A stretch of DNA of 60,649 nucleotides, filler included. It is 7 parts of 7 records of this genome, joined end to end, with 100 filler letters (N's around TTAATTAATTAA, not from the genome) between each part and the next. Parts side by side here need not be neighbours in the genome. Positions count along the whole stretch, not along the records: positions 16,286 to 26,051 come from DRR723986_17092; positions 26,152 to 32,170 come from DRR723986_17107; 5 more parts are not named here. One strand, given 5' to 3'. Shown piece after piece: positions 18,961-28,469 of the stretch. The position numbers and the translations under genes are program-made. The notes under the pieces were generated by a model, which made no database searches, was not told the DNA's origin, and saw only the letters and a list, made by a program, of their open reading frames with translations. Each line of letters opens with the position of its first letter. Positions within the stretch are counted from its first letter, which is position 1.

Positions 18961-20336
18961 CAGAAGAAGTCGATCGAGACCTGCAACAGGCGCTCGACCT
19001 CCTGCACGTCGCCCGACAGCGCGAAGATGACGATCTTGTCGCCTTCCTCGATCCGCAGCGCGCCGGTGGGTTTCAGCACCTCGTCGCCGCGCCCCACGGC
19101 GCCCACCAGCACGCCTTCGGGAAAGTCGATCTCGCGGATCAGGGAGCCAGAGATCGGCGAGGTCGACATGACTTCGGCCTCGATCACCTCGGCCTCGGCG
19201 TCGCCGATGGAATAGACCGCGCTCACGCGGCCATGGCGGATGTGGCGCAGGATCGAACTGACGGTGGTGGCGCGCGGGTTGATGTAGGCGTCGATGTCGA
19301 GCGCATCCATCAGGGGCACCAGCGTCGGGTCGTTGATGAGCGCGATCACCATGGGGCAGCCCGCCGCCTTGGCGCGCACGGCGGCCAGCGTGTTGACCTT
19401 GTCGTCGTCGGTCACGCAGAGCGTCGCATCCGACCGCGACACGCCCGCCTCGGCCAGCAGCGCCGAATCGAGCCCGTCGCCATGCAGGACGATGGTGCGC
19501 TCCAGTTCCTCGGCGGCGCGTTCGGCGATGGTCCGGTTGCGCTCGATCACCTTGACGCGGATGCGGCGCGGCCCCTGCTCCAGCCTGCGGGCCACGGCGA
19601 GGCCCACGTTGCCGCCGCCGACGATCACCACCCGCTCCTGCTTGCGCTGCGACTTGCCGAAGATCTCCAGCGCGCGCTGCACGTCGTCGTCATGGACCAT
19701 GATGTAGCAGGCATCGCCGACGAACAGCTGGTCGGCGGATTCCGGCGCGAAGAGCGTGTCGTCGCGGCGGATGCCCACGACCACCGCGCGCAGGGTGCTG
19801 AAGAGGTCTGTCAGCTGTCGCAGCGGCGTGTTGACGATCGGACAGTCGTCTTCGATCTGCAGTCCCATCAGATGGGCCTTGCCGCCAAGGAACTGTTCCG
19901 TGTCGAAGGCCGCCGGGGCCGACAGGCGGCGGAAGGCGGCCTCGGCCACCTCGCGTTCGGGGTTGATGACCACGTCGATGGGCATGTGGTCGCGCCGGTA
20001 GAGATCGGAGTAGAGCGCCTTCTGGTAGCTGTCGGCCCGCAGGCGGGCGATCTTGCGGGGCACGCTGAAGACCGAATGCGCCACCTGACAGGTGACCATG
20101 TTCACCTCGTCGGAATGGGTCGCGGCGATGATCATGTCGGCGTCGCCCGCGCCCGCCCGGTCGAGCACGTCGGGATAGGAGGCGAAGCCCGCGATGCCCT
20201 GCACGTCGAGCGTATCGGTGGCACGGCGCACGAGGTCGGGGTTGTTGTCCACGACGGTGACGTCGTTGCGCTCTCCGGCAAGGTGGCGCGCGATCTGCCA
20301 GCCCACCTGTCCCGCGCCGCAAATGATGACTTTCAT
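18960..20336 (-). CDS. trkA: Trk potassium transporter NAD-binding subunit TrkA
   Basis: MKVIICGAGQVG and second RCK domain VVIVGGGNVG. Start set at ATG 20336. Confidence 0.95.
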   Translation of the reverse strand: MKVIICGAGQVGWQIARHLAGERNDVTVVDNNPDLVRRATDTLDVQGIAGFASYPDVLDRAGAGDADMIIAATHSDEVNMVTCQVAHSVFSVPRKIARLRADSYQKALYSDLYRRDHMPIDVVINPEREVAEAAFRRLSAPAAFDTEQFLGGKAHLMGLQIEDDCPIVNTPLRQLTDLFSTLRAVVVGIRRDDTLFAPESADQLFVGDACYIMVHDDDVQRALEIFGKSQRKQERVVIVGGGNVGLAVARRLEQGPRRIRVKVIERNRTIAERAAEELERTIVLHGDGLDSALLAEAGVSRSDATLCVTDDDKVNTLAAVRAKAAGCPMVIALINDPTLVPLMDALDIDAYINPRATTVSSILRHIRHGRVSAVYSIGDAEAEVIEAEVMSTSPISGSLIREIDFPEGVLVGAVGRGDEVLKPTGALRIEEGDKIVIFALSGDVQEVERLLQVSIDFF

Positions 20337-20517
20337 GCACCGTCCCCGATGATCCGTGATGCTGGAGTGGCACGGCCCGCGCGGCGGGTCAACGCCGGGC
20401 ATGGCCGCGCACCCTGCCCCGTGGCCGCCGGGCCGCGTGGGGCGGAAGCGCCTTGGCCCCGAACGCGGCGCGGGGCGGGCCGCTCCGAAGGCGCTTCCCC
20501 ACCGCCCGCGGCGGGCG

Positions 20518-21138
20518 TCACTGTGCCTTGATCGCGGCGCGCGCCTCGCCCTGCCACTGGCGCTTCCAGGCGAAGACCTCTTCCCGACGCTCCCAGTCGT
20601 AGCGCGGGTCGTCCATCACGCCCACGTAATACAGCCGCCCCTGCCCCTGCCGCCACGGATCGAGCACGAGGCCCTGCTCCATCGGCGCACCCTTGGCGCT
20701 CAGGATCAGGGTGGAATGCTCCAGTCGCACGTTGCGGGCATTGGCGATGGCGCGATGCAGGTCGATGGTCTGAAAGCGCTGCGCCTTCATGTGCATCTCG
20801 AGATCGTCGGCCCAGTCCTTGCAGAGCCCGCGCGGGCGCATGCCGTTGTTCACCTTGGTGTTGTGGATCAGCGGCGGGTCCACGACCTGCCACTCAACCG
20901 CCCATTTCAGCGGCTCCAGCACCGCGATCCGCGCCGCGCGGTCCGCCTCTTCCGGGGACACCCCCGGCCCAAGCGCCAGCAGCCGCTGCGTCAGATCGGC
21001 GATCTTGGCCTCTTCGGCGCTGCGCCCCTCGGCAAAGGCCATGACGGCGCGCGACTGCGCCATCTCGTCCTTGGGCATGGTGCAGCCCGCCACGAGGGCG
21101 CTGCCCGCAAGCAGCCCGCAAAACCGTCTTCTGTTCAT
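20518..21138 (-). CDS. Putative lipoprotein of unknown function
   Basis: MNRRRFCGLLAGSALVAGC has a twin-Arg-like signal and a lipobox (LVAG-C). Codon usage matches neighbouring genes. Confidence 0.75.
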   Translation of the reverse strand: MNRRRFCGLLAGSALVAGCTMPKDEMAQSRAVMAFAEGRSAEEAKIADLTQRLLALGPGVSPEEADRAARIAVLEPLKWAVEWQVVDPPLIHNTKVNNGMRPRGLCKDWADDLEMHMKAQRFQTIDLHRAIANARNVRLEHSTLILSAKGAPMEQGLVLDPWRQGQGRLYYVGVMDDPRYDWERREEVFAWKRQWQGEARAAIKAQ

Positions 21139-21166
21139 CGCTACGCGCCCCCGTGGCCCCTTGGAA

Positions 21167-22582
21167 TCAGGACACTTCCTGCATGGCATCGTCGACATGG
21201 GCAATACGCCCGCCGGACTTTGCCGAAGTCACGACGCCCAGCGACTTCAACTTCCGGTGAAGGGCCGAGCGTTCCATCCCCACGAAAGACGCGGTCCGAG
21301 AGATGTTGCCGCCGAAGCGGTTGATCTGCGTCAGCAGGTACTCGCGCTCAAAGGCCTCGCGCGCCTCGCGCAGGGGCATCGTCGCCAGAGTCCCCGACAG
21401 CACCACGCGCTCTTCGCCGTCGTCGCGGGCGGAGGTCTCCTGCGGGAGTTCGCGGGCCTCGATCGGCCCGGTGCCGTCGCCGAGGATCAGCACCCGCTCC
21501 ACGAGGTTCTTCAACTGGCGCACGTTGCCGGGCCAGGTCATGGTCTGCATCAGCGCCACCGCATCCTCGGTCAGCGCCCGCACCGGCAGGCCCTGCGTGG
21601 CGTGGCAGGCCTCGATGAAATGCTGCGCCAGAACCGGGATGTCCTCGCGGCGCTCGGCCAGCGAGGGCACGGCGATCGGCACCACGTTCAGCCGGTGATA
21701 CAGCTCTTCGCGGAAGCGCCCGGCCTGAATTTCCCGCTGAAGGTCGCGGTTGGTCGACGAGATCACGCGCAGGTCCACGCGCACCTTGTCGTTGCCGCCG
21801 ACGCGGGTGAACTGCTGGTCCACCAGCACGCGCAGGATCTTGGACTGGGTGCCGTTGGGCATGTCCGCGACCTCGTCGAAGTAGATCACCCCGCCATGCG
21901 CCTGCTCCAGCAGGCCCGGCTCCACCCCGCGTTTCGAGGATTCGCGGCCGAAGAGCATGGCCTCCATCATCTCGGGTTCGACACCGGCGCAGTTCACCGT
22001 CACGAAGGGCGCATTGGCCCGCCCGGACTGGCCGTGGATGTAGCGCGCCGCCACCTCCTTGCCGGAGCCGGCGGGCCCGGTCAGCATCACCCGGCCGTTC
22101 GACTTCGTCACCTTGTCGAGCTGGCTCACGAGGGTGCGGAAGGCGGCGCTGTCGCCGATCATCTCGGCGGCCTTCACGTCCCCGCGCTTCAGCGTGGCAT
22201 TCTCGCGCCGCAGGAGAGAGGTCTCCATCGCGCGGCGGATCACCACCAGCAACTGGTCGATGTTGAAGGGCTTCTCGATGAAGTCGTAGGCCCCCTGCTT
22301 GATCGCCGCCACGGCGATCTCGATGTTGCCGTGGCCGGAGATGATGACGACCGGGATGTCCGGATTGTCGCGTTTCACCGCCTTGAGGATGTCGATCCCG
22401 TCCATCTTGCTGTCCTTCAGCCAGATGTCGAGGATCAGCAGGGCGGGCGGCTCGGTGTTGATCTCGGCCATCGCCTCCTGGCTGTTGCCGGCAAGACGCG
22501 TCGTGAACCCCTCGTCCTCGAGGATGTCGCCGATCAGTTCCCGGATGTCGCGCTCGTCATCGACGATCAGGATGTCACTCAT
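21167..22582 (-). CDS. ntrX: Response regulator NtrX (REC-AAA+-HTH)
   Basis: ILIVDDE, LDIWL, ISGHGNIE, Walker A GPAGSGKE, FREELYHRLNV, GGNISRTA..VGMERSALHRKLK. Follows ntrY. Confidence 0.95.
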   Translation of the reverse strand: MSDILIVDDERDIRELIGDILEDEGFTTRLAGNSQEAMAEINTEPPALLILDIWLKDSKMDGIDILKAVKRDNPDIPVVIISGHGNIEIAVAAIKQGAYDFIEKPFNIDQLLVVIRRAMETSLLRRENATLKRGDVKAAEMIGDSAAFRTLVSQLDKVTKSNGRVMLTGPAGSGKEVAARYIHGQSGRANAPFVTVNCAGVEPEMMEAMLFGRESSKRGVEPGLLEQAHGGVIYFDEVADMPNGTQSKILRVLVDQQFTRVGGNDKVRVDLRVISSTNRDLQREIQAGRFREELYHRLNVVPIAVPSLAERREDIPVLAQHFIEACHATQGLPVRALTEDAVALMQTMTWPGNVRQLKNLVERVLILGDGTGPIEARELPQETSARDDGEERVVLSGTLATMPLREAREAFEREYLLTQINRFGGNISRTASFVGMERSALHRKLKSLGVVTSAKSGGRIAHVDDAMQEVS

Positions 22583-22605
22583 GGGTGCCTCTCAGGTTAT
22601 CTTTA

Positions 22606-24894
22606 TCAAACATCTTCCAGTTCCCGCCCCTCTTCGGGGGCTTCCCGGACCGCGCGGGTCAGGGGCAGTCGGATCAGCGCCATGGCGCCGGGATGCGCCT
22701 CTGGCGCAAAGGCCGGCGCGTCCTCGAGGGTCAGCGTGCCGCCGTGTTCCTCGATGATCTTCTTGACGATGGGCAGGCCAAGGCCGGTGCCGCTGTCGCG
22801 CGTGGTCACATAGGGCTCGAACAGACGGGCGCGGTCCTCGGGCAGGCCCACGCCGTTGTCCATGATGCGGATCTCGGCGCGGCCATCCTCGGCGATGGCG
22901 GCGCTGACGCGGATCTCGGGGGCATGGCCCTCGGGCGCGCCGCGTTCCTGCAGGGTCACGATGGCCTCGCCCGCGTTCTTGATGAGGTTGGTCAGCGCCT
23001 GCCCGATCATGGTGCTGTCCAGTTCGGCGGGCATCGGGTCGCGCGGCAGGTCGGTGACGAAGGTCACGTCGGGCTGGCCGGTTTCCTGCAACAGCACGGC
23101 CCCGCGCAGGATCTCGCCAAGGTCCTCGGGCTTGCGCTCAGGCTCTGGCATCCGGGCGAACTTCGAGAACTCGTCGACGATGCGGCGCAGGTCGCCGGTC
23201 TGCCGGATGATGACGCCGGTCATGTCGTCCAGCTTGGCGGCGTCCTCCTCGGGCAACTGCCGCCCGAACTTGCGCTTGATGCGCTCGGCCGACAGCTGGA
23301 TCGGCGTCAGCGGGTTCTTGATCTCATGCGCGATGCGCCGCGCCACGTCGCCCCATGCGGCCATGCGCTGCGCGCTGACGAGGTTCGTGACGTCGTCGAA
23401 GGCCACCACGAAGCCCTCGAGAGAGCGGTCGGCCCGGCGCCGGGTGGACAGCCGCACCAGCAGATGTTCCAGACGGCCCTCGCGGCTGACCTTTACCTCT
23501 TCCTGCGCGGTCTCCAGCGCCTCGGCGCGGACCCTGTCGAACAGCGCGCCGAACTCGGGCACCGCCACGCCAAGGGGCACCGACCGATGCGTCTCGTGCC
23601 AGGCCAGCAGGCGCTCGGCAGAGCGGTTGACGAAGGTCACCTTGCCCTCGGCGTCCAGCCCCACGACGCCCGAGGTGACCGAGGACAGCACGGAATCGAA
23701 CAGCCTCTGGCGGCGTTCGATCTGGCGGGTGTTCTCCAGCAGGGTCTCGCGCTGCGCCTTCAACTGGCGCGTCATCTGGTTGAAGTAGCGCCCCAGCATG
23801 GAGATCTCGTCGTCGCCGTCGTCTTCCTCGATCTGCACGTCGAGATCCCCTGCCCCGACCCGCTGCGCGCCATCCGTCAGACGCCCCACCGGGCGGCTGA
23901 GGCGTTCCGCGAACCACAGGCCCGCCCATGTCGCCGCAAGGATCAGCAGCAGCGCGAAGCCAAGGTAAAGCAGCGCGAAATCGAACAGACGGCGCCCACG
24001 CTCGGTCTCCTGCTGCTGGTAGAAGCGCGCGGTTTCCTGCGTTTCGTCCAGCAGGGTCAGCAGGTTGCCGTCCACCTCGCGCGAGACGTAGAGGTAGCGG
24101 TCCACGAAGGCCGCCAGCGGCAGAAGCGCGCGGTATTCGCCGTTGTCCCAATCCGGGACCAGCGCAATGCCCGCCTCGTCCGCCGTGGCGAAATCGCTGG
24201 GCAGCGGCTGTTCGTAATCGAAGAGATAGGACCGTTCGCCGCGCGCCCGGATCGCGCCGGTGCCGTCGATCACATAGGCCTCGCGCAGCCCGCGCTGGAT
24301 CTGCGCCTGCCCCTGCCCGAGCAGGCGGCGCAACTCTCCGTCGTCCATGACGAAAGAGGCCCGCCGCCCGGCGTCGAGGAAGGCGCCGAGCGCCACGGCA
24401 TCCTGCTGCAACCCGGCGCGCGCCTCGGCCTCATAGCTTTCGGCAGCCTCCAGCGAGGCGCCGACCACGTTCTGCACCCGGCTGGAGAACCATGTCTCGA
24501 GGCCGATGTTGATGGTCAGCACGGCAAAGACCGCGACGGTCACGGTGGGCAGAAGCGCCACCATGGCAAAGCCCAGCGTCAGCCGCAGATGCAGCCGGGA
24601 GCCCGCGGATTCGCGCCGCCGCGCCGCCACCATGCGCGCGACGCGGGCCAGCACCAGCGCCGCCAGCAGCAGCACGTAGACAAGGTCCGCCAGCAACACC
24701 AGCCGCAGCGACAGCGAAGAGCCGCCCTGATCGAGCGGCCCCAGTACGAGGAAGGTACAGAAGGCGAGGATCGGCCCCAGCGCAACCAGCGCAAGAGTCA
24801 TGAGGTTGTGAAACCACCTCTGCCGACGCAGGCGCATCAAAAGCGCCCAGGTCGGCGACCGGAACATGGGTCGTGCCCTGGATGCCACAACCAC
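22606..24894 (-). CDS. ntrY: Sensor histidine kinase NtrY
   Basis: TM segments, HAMP, PAS, H-box AWGDVARRIAHEIKNPLTPIQL, N-box LTNLIKNA, G-box GTGLGL. Confidence 0.95.
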   Translation of the reverse strand: MVVASRARPMFRSPTWALLMRLRRQRWFHNLMTLALVALGPILAFCTFLVLGPLDQGGSSLSLRLVLLADLVYVLLLAALVLARVARMVAARRRESAGSRLHLRLTLGFAMVALLPTVTVAVFAVLTINIGLETWFSSRVQNVVGASLEAAESYEAEARAGLQQDAVALGAFLDAGRRASFVMDDGELRRLLGQGQAQIQRGLREAYVIDGTGAIRARGERSYLFDYEQPLPSDFATADEAGIALVPDWDNGEYRALLPLAAFVDRYLYVSREVDGNLLTLLDETQETARFYQQQETERGRRLFDFALLYLGFALLLILAATWAGLWFAERLSRPVGRLTDGAQRVGAGDLDVQIEEDDGDDEISMLGRYFNQMTRQLKAQRETLLENTRQIERRQRLFDSVLSSVTSGVVGLDAEGKVTFVNRSAERLLAWHETHRSVPLGVAVPEFGALFDRVRAEALETAQEEVKVSREGRLEHLLVRLSTRRRADRSLEGFVVAFDDVTNLVSAQRMAAWGDVARRIAHEIKNPLTPIQLSAERIKRKFGRQLPEEDAAKLDDMTGVIIRQTGDLRRIVDEFSKFARMPEPERKPEDLGEILRGAVLLQETGQPDVTFVTDLPRDPMPAELDSTMIGQALTNLIKNAGEAIVTLQERGAPEGHAPEIRVSAAIAEDGRAEIRIMDNGVGLPEDRARLFEPYVTTRDSGTGLGLPIVKKIIEEHGGTLTLEDAPAFAPEAHPGAMALIRLPLTRAVREAPEEGRELEDV

Positions 24895-24989
24895 CTCTCA
24901 CCATGATGTGCTGCTCGTTGGCAGCGACCGCCTTATGCTGTGGCCTTCTCCTGCCCTTGGGGCAACGGGGTCACAGTCCTGTGGTCTTT

Positions 24990-26051
24990 TTACATCAACT
25001 TGCGGCGGCGTGTCACGCGAATATCGAGGTCGGTGATCTTCTTGCGCAAAGTATTCCGGTTGATGCCAAGAAGGTCCGCGCACTTGGCCTGATTGCCCCC
25101 GGTCGCCTCGAGCGCGATCTCGATCAGCGGCGCCTCGACCTCCTTCAGGATGCGCCCGTACAGACCCGGCGGCGGCAGCATGGCGCCGTGCAGGTCGAAA
25201 TACCGCCGCAAATGACGCGAGACGCTGTCGGACAGCTTGTCGCCATCGCCGCCGCGCAGCACGGGGCCGGTCTCGGGCTGGTTGCCCAGCACCGCCTCGA
25301 CCTCGGCGCGGGTGATCTCTTCGGAGCGGCTGGTCAGCGACAGGCGCCGCACCGCGTTCTCGAGCTGGCGCACGTTGCCGGGCCATGAATAGACGCGGAA
25401 CAGCTCTGCCGCGCCCTCGGACAGCCAGCGTTTCTGCGCGCCGTCGCGCTCTGCCCGGTTGAGGAAATGCTCGGCCAGCAGCGGGATGTCCTCGACCCGC
25501 TCGCGCAGACTGGGCACCGCGATCGCGGCCCCGTCGAGGCGGTAGAACAGGTCGTGCCGCACCTTGCCGGTCTCGGTCAGCGACTGCGGATCGTATTGCG
25601 AGGAGGCAAGGAAGCGCGGCACATGTTCGCCCGGCACATCCATCATGCGCACGATGCGGCCCTGCACCTCGTCGTCGATATCGGCGATCTCGTCGATCAG
25701 CAGCGTGCCGCCCCTGACCCGCGCCAGAACCCGCGCCGGGCCGTCGAGGTCCGACAGGTCGGAGCCGGTGACGGTGACGAAGGGCAGCGTGCGCCGGTCG
25801 CTGAAATCATGCAGGGCGCGGGCGATCAGGCTTTTGCCGGTGCCGCTTTCGCCGGTGATCATCACCGGCAGGTCGGTGTTCATGACCTTGGCCACGAGGC
25901 GATAGAGCGCCTGCATCGCGGGCGTCTTGCCCACCAGCGGCAGCTCGTCCGGCTCGTCCGCGCCCACCACCGGCTCGTCCCGGCGGGGCTGCTTGTTGCG
26001 GTTCTCCAGCGCGCGGGCGGTGCGCTTCATCAGGTCCGGCAGGTCGAAGGG
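24990..26051 (-). CDS. ntrC: Nitrogen regulator NtrC (5' truncated)
   Basis: [18 protein letters not shown], Fis-type [23 protein letters not shown]. Sits upstream of ntrYX. Confidence 0.92.
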   Translation of the reverse strand, partial: PFDLPDLMKRTARALENRNKQPRRDEPVVGADEPDELPLVGKTPAMQALYRLVAKVMNTDLPVMITGESGTGKSLIARALHDFSDRRTLPFVTVTGSDLSDLDGPARVLARVRGGTLLIDEIADIDDEVQGRIVRMMDVPGEHVPRFLASSQYDPQSLTETGKVRHDLFYRLDGAAIAVPSLRERVEDIPLLAEHFLNRAERDGAQKRWLSEGAAELFRVYSWPGNVRQLENAVRRLSLTSRSEEITRAEVEAVLGNQPETGPVLRGGDGDKLSDSVSRHLRRYFDLHGAMLPPPGLYGRILKEVEAPLIEIALEATGGNQAKCADLLGINRNTLRKKITDLDIRVTRRRKLM

Positions 26052-26151
26052 NNNNNNNNNNNNNNNNNNNNNNNNNNNNNNNNNNNNNNNNNNNNTTAAT
26101 TAATTAANNNNNNNNNNNNNNNNNNNNNNNNNNNNNNNNNNNNNNNNNNNN
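26052..26151. other. Artificial contig spacer
   Basis: N44-TTAATTAATTAA-N44. Confidence 0.99.
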
Positions 26152-26154
26152 TCC

Positions 26155-26181
26155 GGCTCACAGCACTTAGGGCTGTGAGCC
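26155..26181. other. Inverted repeat / hairpin
   Basis: GGCTCACAGC-ACTTAGG-GCTGTGAGCC, a perfect 10-bp stem near the contig start. Confidence 0.5.
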
Positions 26182-26527
26182 TGAATTCTACACCTCTGAG
26201 AATCTGAGACTTGTGGCGGCTGAATGACTTCCGGCTGACGCCTCAATGCCAAGCATAAATAAACAGCAAGCCCAACCACAAAGCACAAATTTACATGCAG
26301 GGCTGCAGGGGGAGGCGAAGCGCTCATGCCAACACGCCAGGATGTTACAAAATGGTAATCGTGACGCCCGGAGCACCATGATCTACGCCGAAATTTTGTC
26401 GCTTCAGGCCCATAAAGTGTGTAGCAAATTTCGATTAGTGTAAATTTATCTCACGTGATTGGCAGATGCCAACGATGCGACCTTGAACATCTTTTGGCAT
26501 TTTTTGCAGCTCTAAGAGTACAGTATT

Positions 26528-28263
26528 ATGCCTGACAATTCTACGGGTGAAATCAACCCGGAAGACAGCCCGCCCAGTATTACACGAGAGACGCGCAAGC
26601 GGAACGGCTCCAGTATATCAACACTTTCAAAAGCCGGTAAACTATCGGCCGCAGCAATTTGTCTGGACGGCACGCTGATCACACTGCTCGCCTGGCAGTA
26701 CCTGAGTCAACAGGAACAGAACCTTCTCCAATCTCAGGTTAAAATTGAAACCGAATATATTGCCAAACTTGTTAAACACGATCTGGAGTCGCGTTTGCTG
26801 GCGTTACGACGTGTGACGAACCGCTGGGAAACCGGGAATGGCACACCAAAAATGCTCTGGATGCAGGACGCAAGTAATTATTACCACGACTATCAAGGCT
26901 ATCATGCTATCTACTGGATAGATTCAACCTACCGCATCCGCTGGGAAATGCCGCAGCATATAACTGACGCAGACCAGACTGAGTTTAACAGTCAACAAGC
27001 CGAAGTCCACATGGCCGAGATGCTGCGAGCGCGCAACCTCAATCTTTCAACGTTTGGTGCGCCTTTTGAGCTTGCGCATGGCAAAAGTGCATTCCGCGTA
27101 TACTGCCCAATATTTATCGATCAGGAGTTTCACGGTTTTACAGTTGGTGTATTTGTCAATAGCGAGTGGCTCACGAGTGTTTTGCCCGCAGATATCACGA
27201 GCAGGTTTGTAGTTCAGCTGCGCCGCGAAGAGTCGATTATGGCCGAATTTGCGCAGCCGCAGATACAATACAATCCCAATTTTGCAGGCACGGCCCCAAT
27301 TGAACTGGCCAACGTTAAGTGGAATATTCACATTAAACCGAGCGAACAATTTGTACAATCCGAAATGAGTGACATCCCGGGCCTGGTTCTCGGTTTTGGG
27401 CTGGGCTTTTCCTTCCTGCTCGGTTTAAGTTTTTACGGAATGGCAAAAGCCATGGAAGCCGGGCGGCGCCTGCGCGAGTTTAACAGTCGTCTGGAACACA
27501 CAGTTAACGAACGCACAGCCGCATTGCAGCGGGCGCATGATACGCTGGAAGACAAAGTTGAATTGCGGACGGCACAGCTCCAGGCCAGCGAACGCCATAT
27601 TCGCCAAATGACTGAGGATGTGCCGGACTACGCTATTCTGCGGATGGATGCTGCGGGGACGATCGAAAACTGGAACCTGGGAGCCCAGCGAATCATGGGT
27701 TGCACTCCCCAGGAAGTCGTCGGTAAACATTTCCGGCTGTTTTTTTACGCCGGCGGACTATCTGGAGAACAAACCCGAAAAATTTGCTGGATGGTGCCGA
27801 CCGCGACAGACGCGTGCAGACCGAATGCTGGTTAATTAACAAAGACGGACAGAAGTACTGGGCCGGAATATCGATAGCAGCGATCTACGACGACGCGGGA
27901 AGCCTGGCGGGGTTCAGCAATATTACGCGCGACCTGACGAAACGCAAACTGGCTGAGGAGGCGCGCGAACAAAATGCACGCCAGCTGCAAGCCAAGAACA
28001 AAGAACTTGAGCAGTTTGTTTATGTAGCCTCACACGACCTGCAGTCTCCCCTGCGCACCGTTCTGGGCGTAATCATCGCACTAACGGAAGATCACGCAGA
28101 CGAAGTGAGTGAGGAAGCTGCCGAGTACATTGGATATATTAACGACTCAGTTAACCGCATGCTGGAATTGATCCGGCACCTGCTGGATTATGCGCGTCTT
28201 GAGAATGAGTTAACACGCTCAACAATAGATTGCAACCGCATTCTGGATACAATTCCGGCTTAA
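26528..28263 (+). pseudogene. CHASE-like/PAS/HisKA sensor kinase, frameshifted twice and lacking the HATPase domain (pseudogene or sequence error)
   Basis: TM-periplasmic-TM, then PAS (DYAI..MD..G.I..WN.GA) continuing across three frames via T7 (27740-27746) and A5 (27778-27782). H-box ASHDLQSPLR is present, and the stop at 28261 comes before any N or G box. Confidence 0.8.
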
Positions 28264-28407
28264 GATCAGGTTTTCCGGTGGCCCCGGCCGGCGGCTGGTT
28301 GGCTGGTTGGCTAGCGGCTTTGGCTGGCGACTGGCTGATGCCCCGGTTACCGCCGGGTTTTGCCTGTAAACACTCACCGCATTCTCAATAAAAAGCTTTA
28401 AAACACA

Positions 28408-28441
28408 AACGGATCGGAAACACGAGGGTTTCCGATCCGTT
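28408..28441 (-). terminator. Intrinsic terminator after the DEAD-box helicase
   Basis: AACGGATCGGAAAC-ACGAGG-GTTTCCGATCCGTT, a 14-bp stem followed on the minus strand by TGTGTTTT. Confidence 0.75.
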
Positions 28442-28469
28442 GTAGTTTAGTCTATCCGACCCGCAGCGC

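Noticed and set aside
20416-21159. CCCCGTGGCC on both sides of the lipoprotein gene as a possible target-site duplication
   Set aside because: A 10-bp GC-rich match is plausible by chance in DNA this GC-rich, and no mobility gene is present.
17300-24906. Long opposite-strand or off-frame ORFs over trkH, trkA, ntrX and ntrY (for example 22585-24906 +, 20789-22813 +)
   Set aside because: Shadows of well-recognised genes in GC-rich DNA.
26100-26443. Short ORFs at the start of contig 4
   Set aside because: No recognisable motifs, and they overlap one another on both strands. More likely the kinase upstream region.
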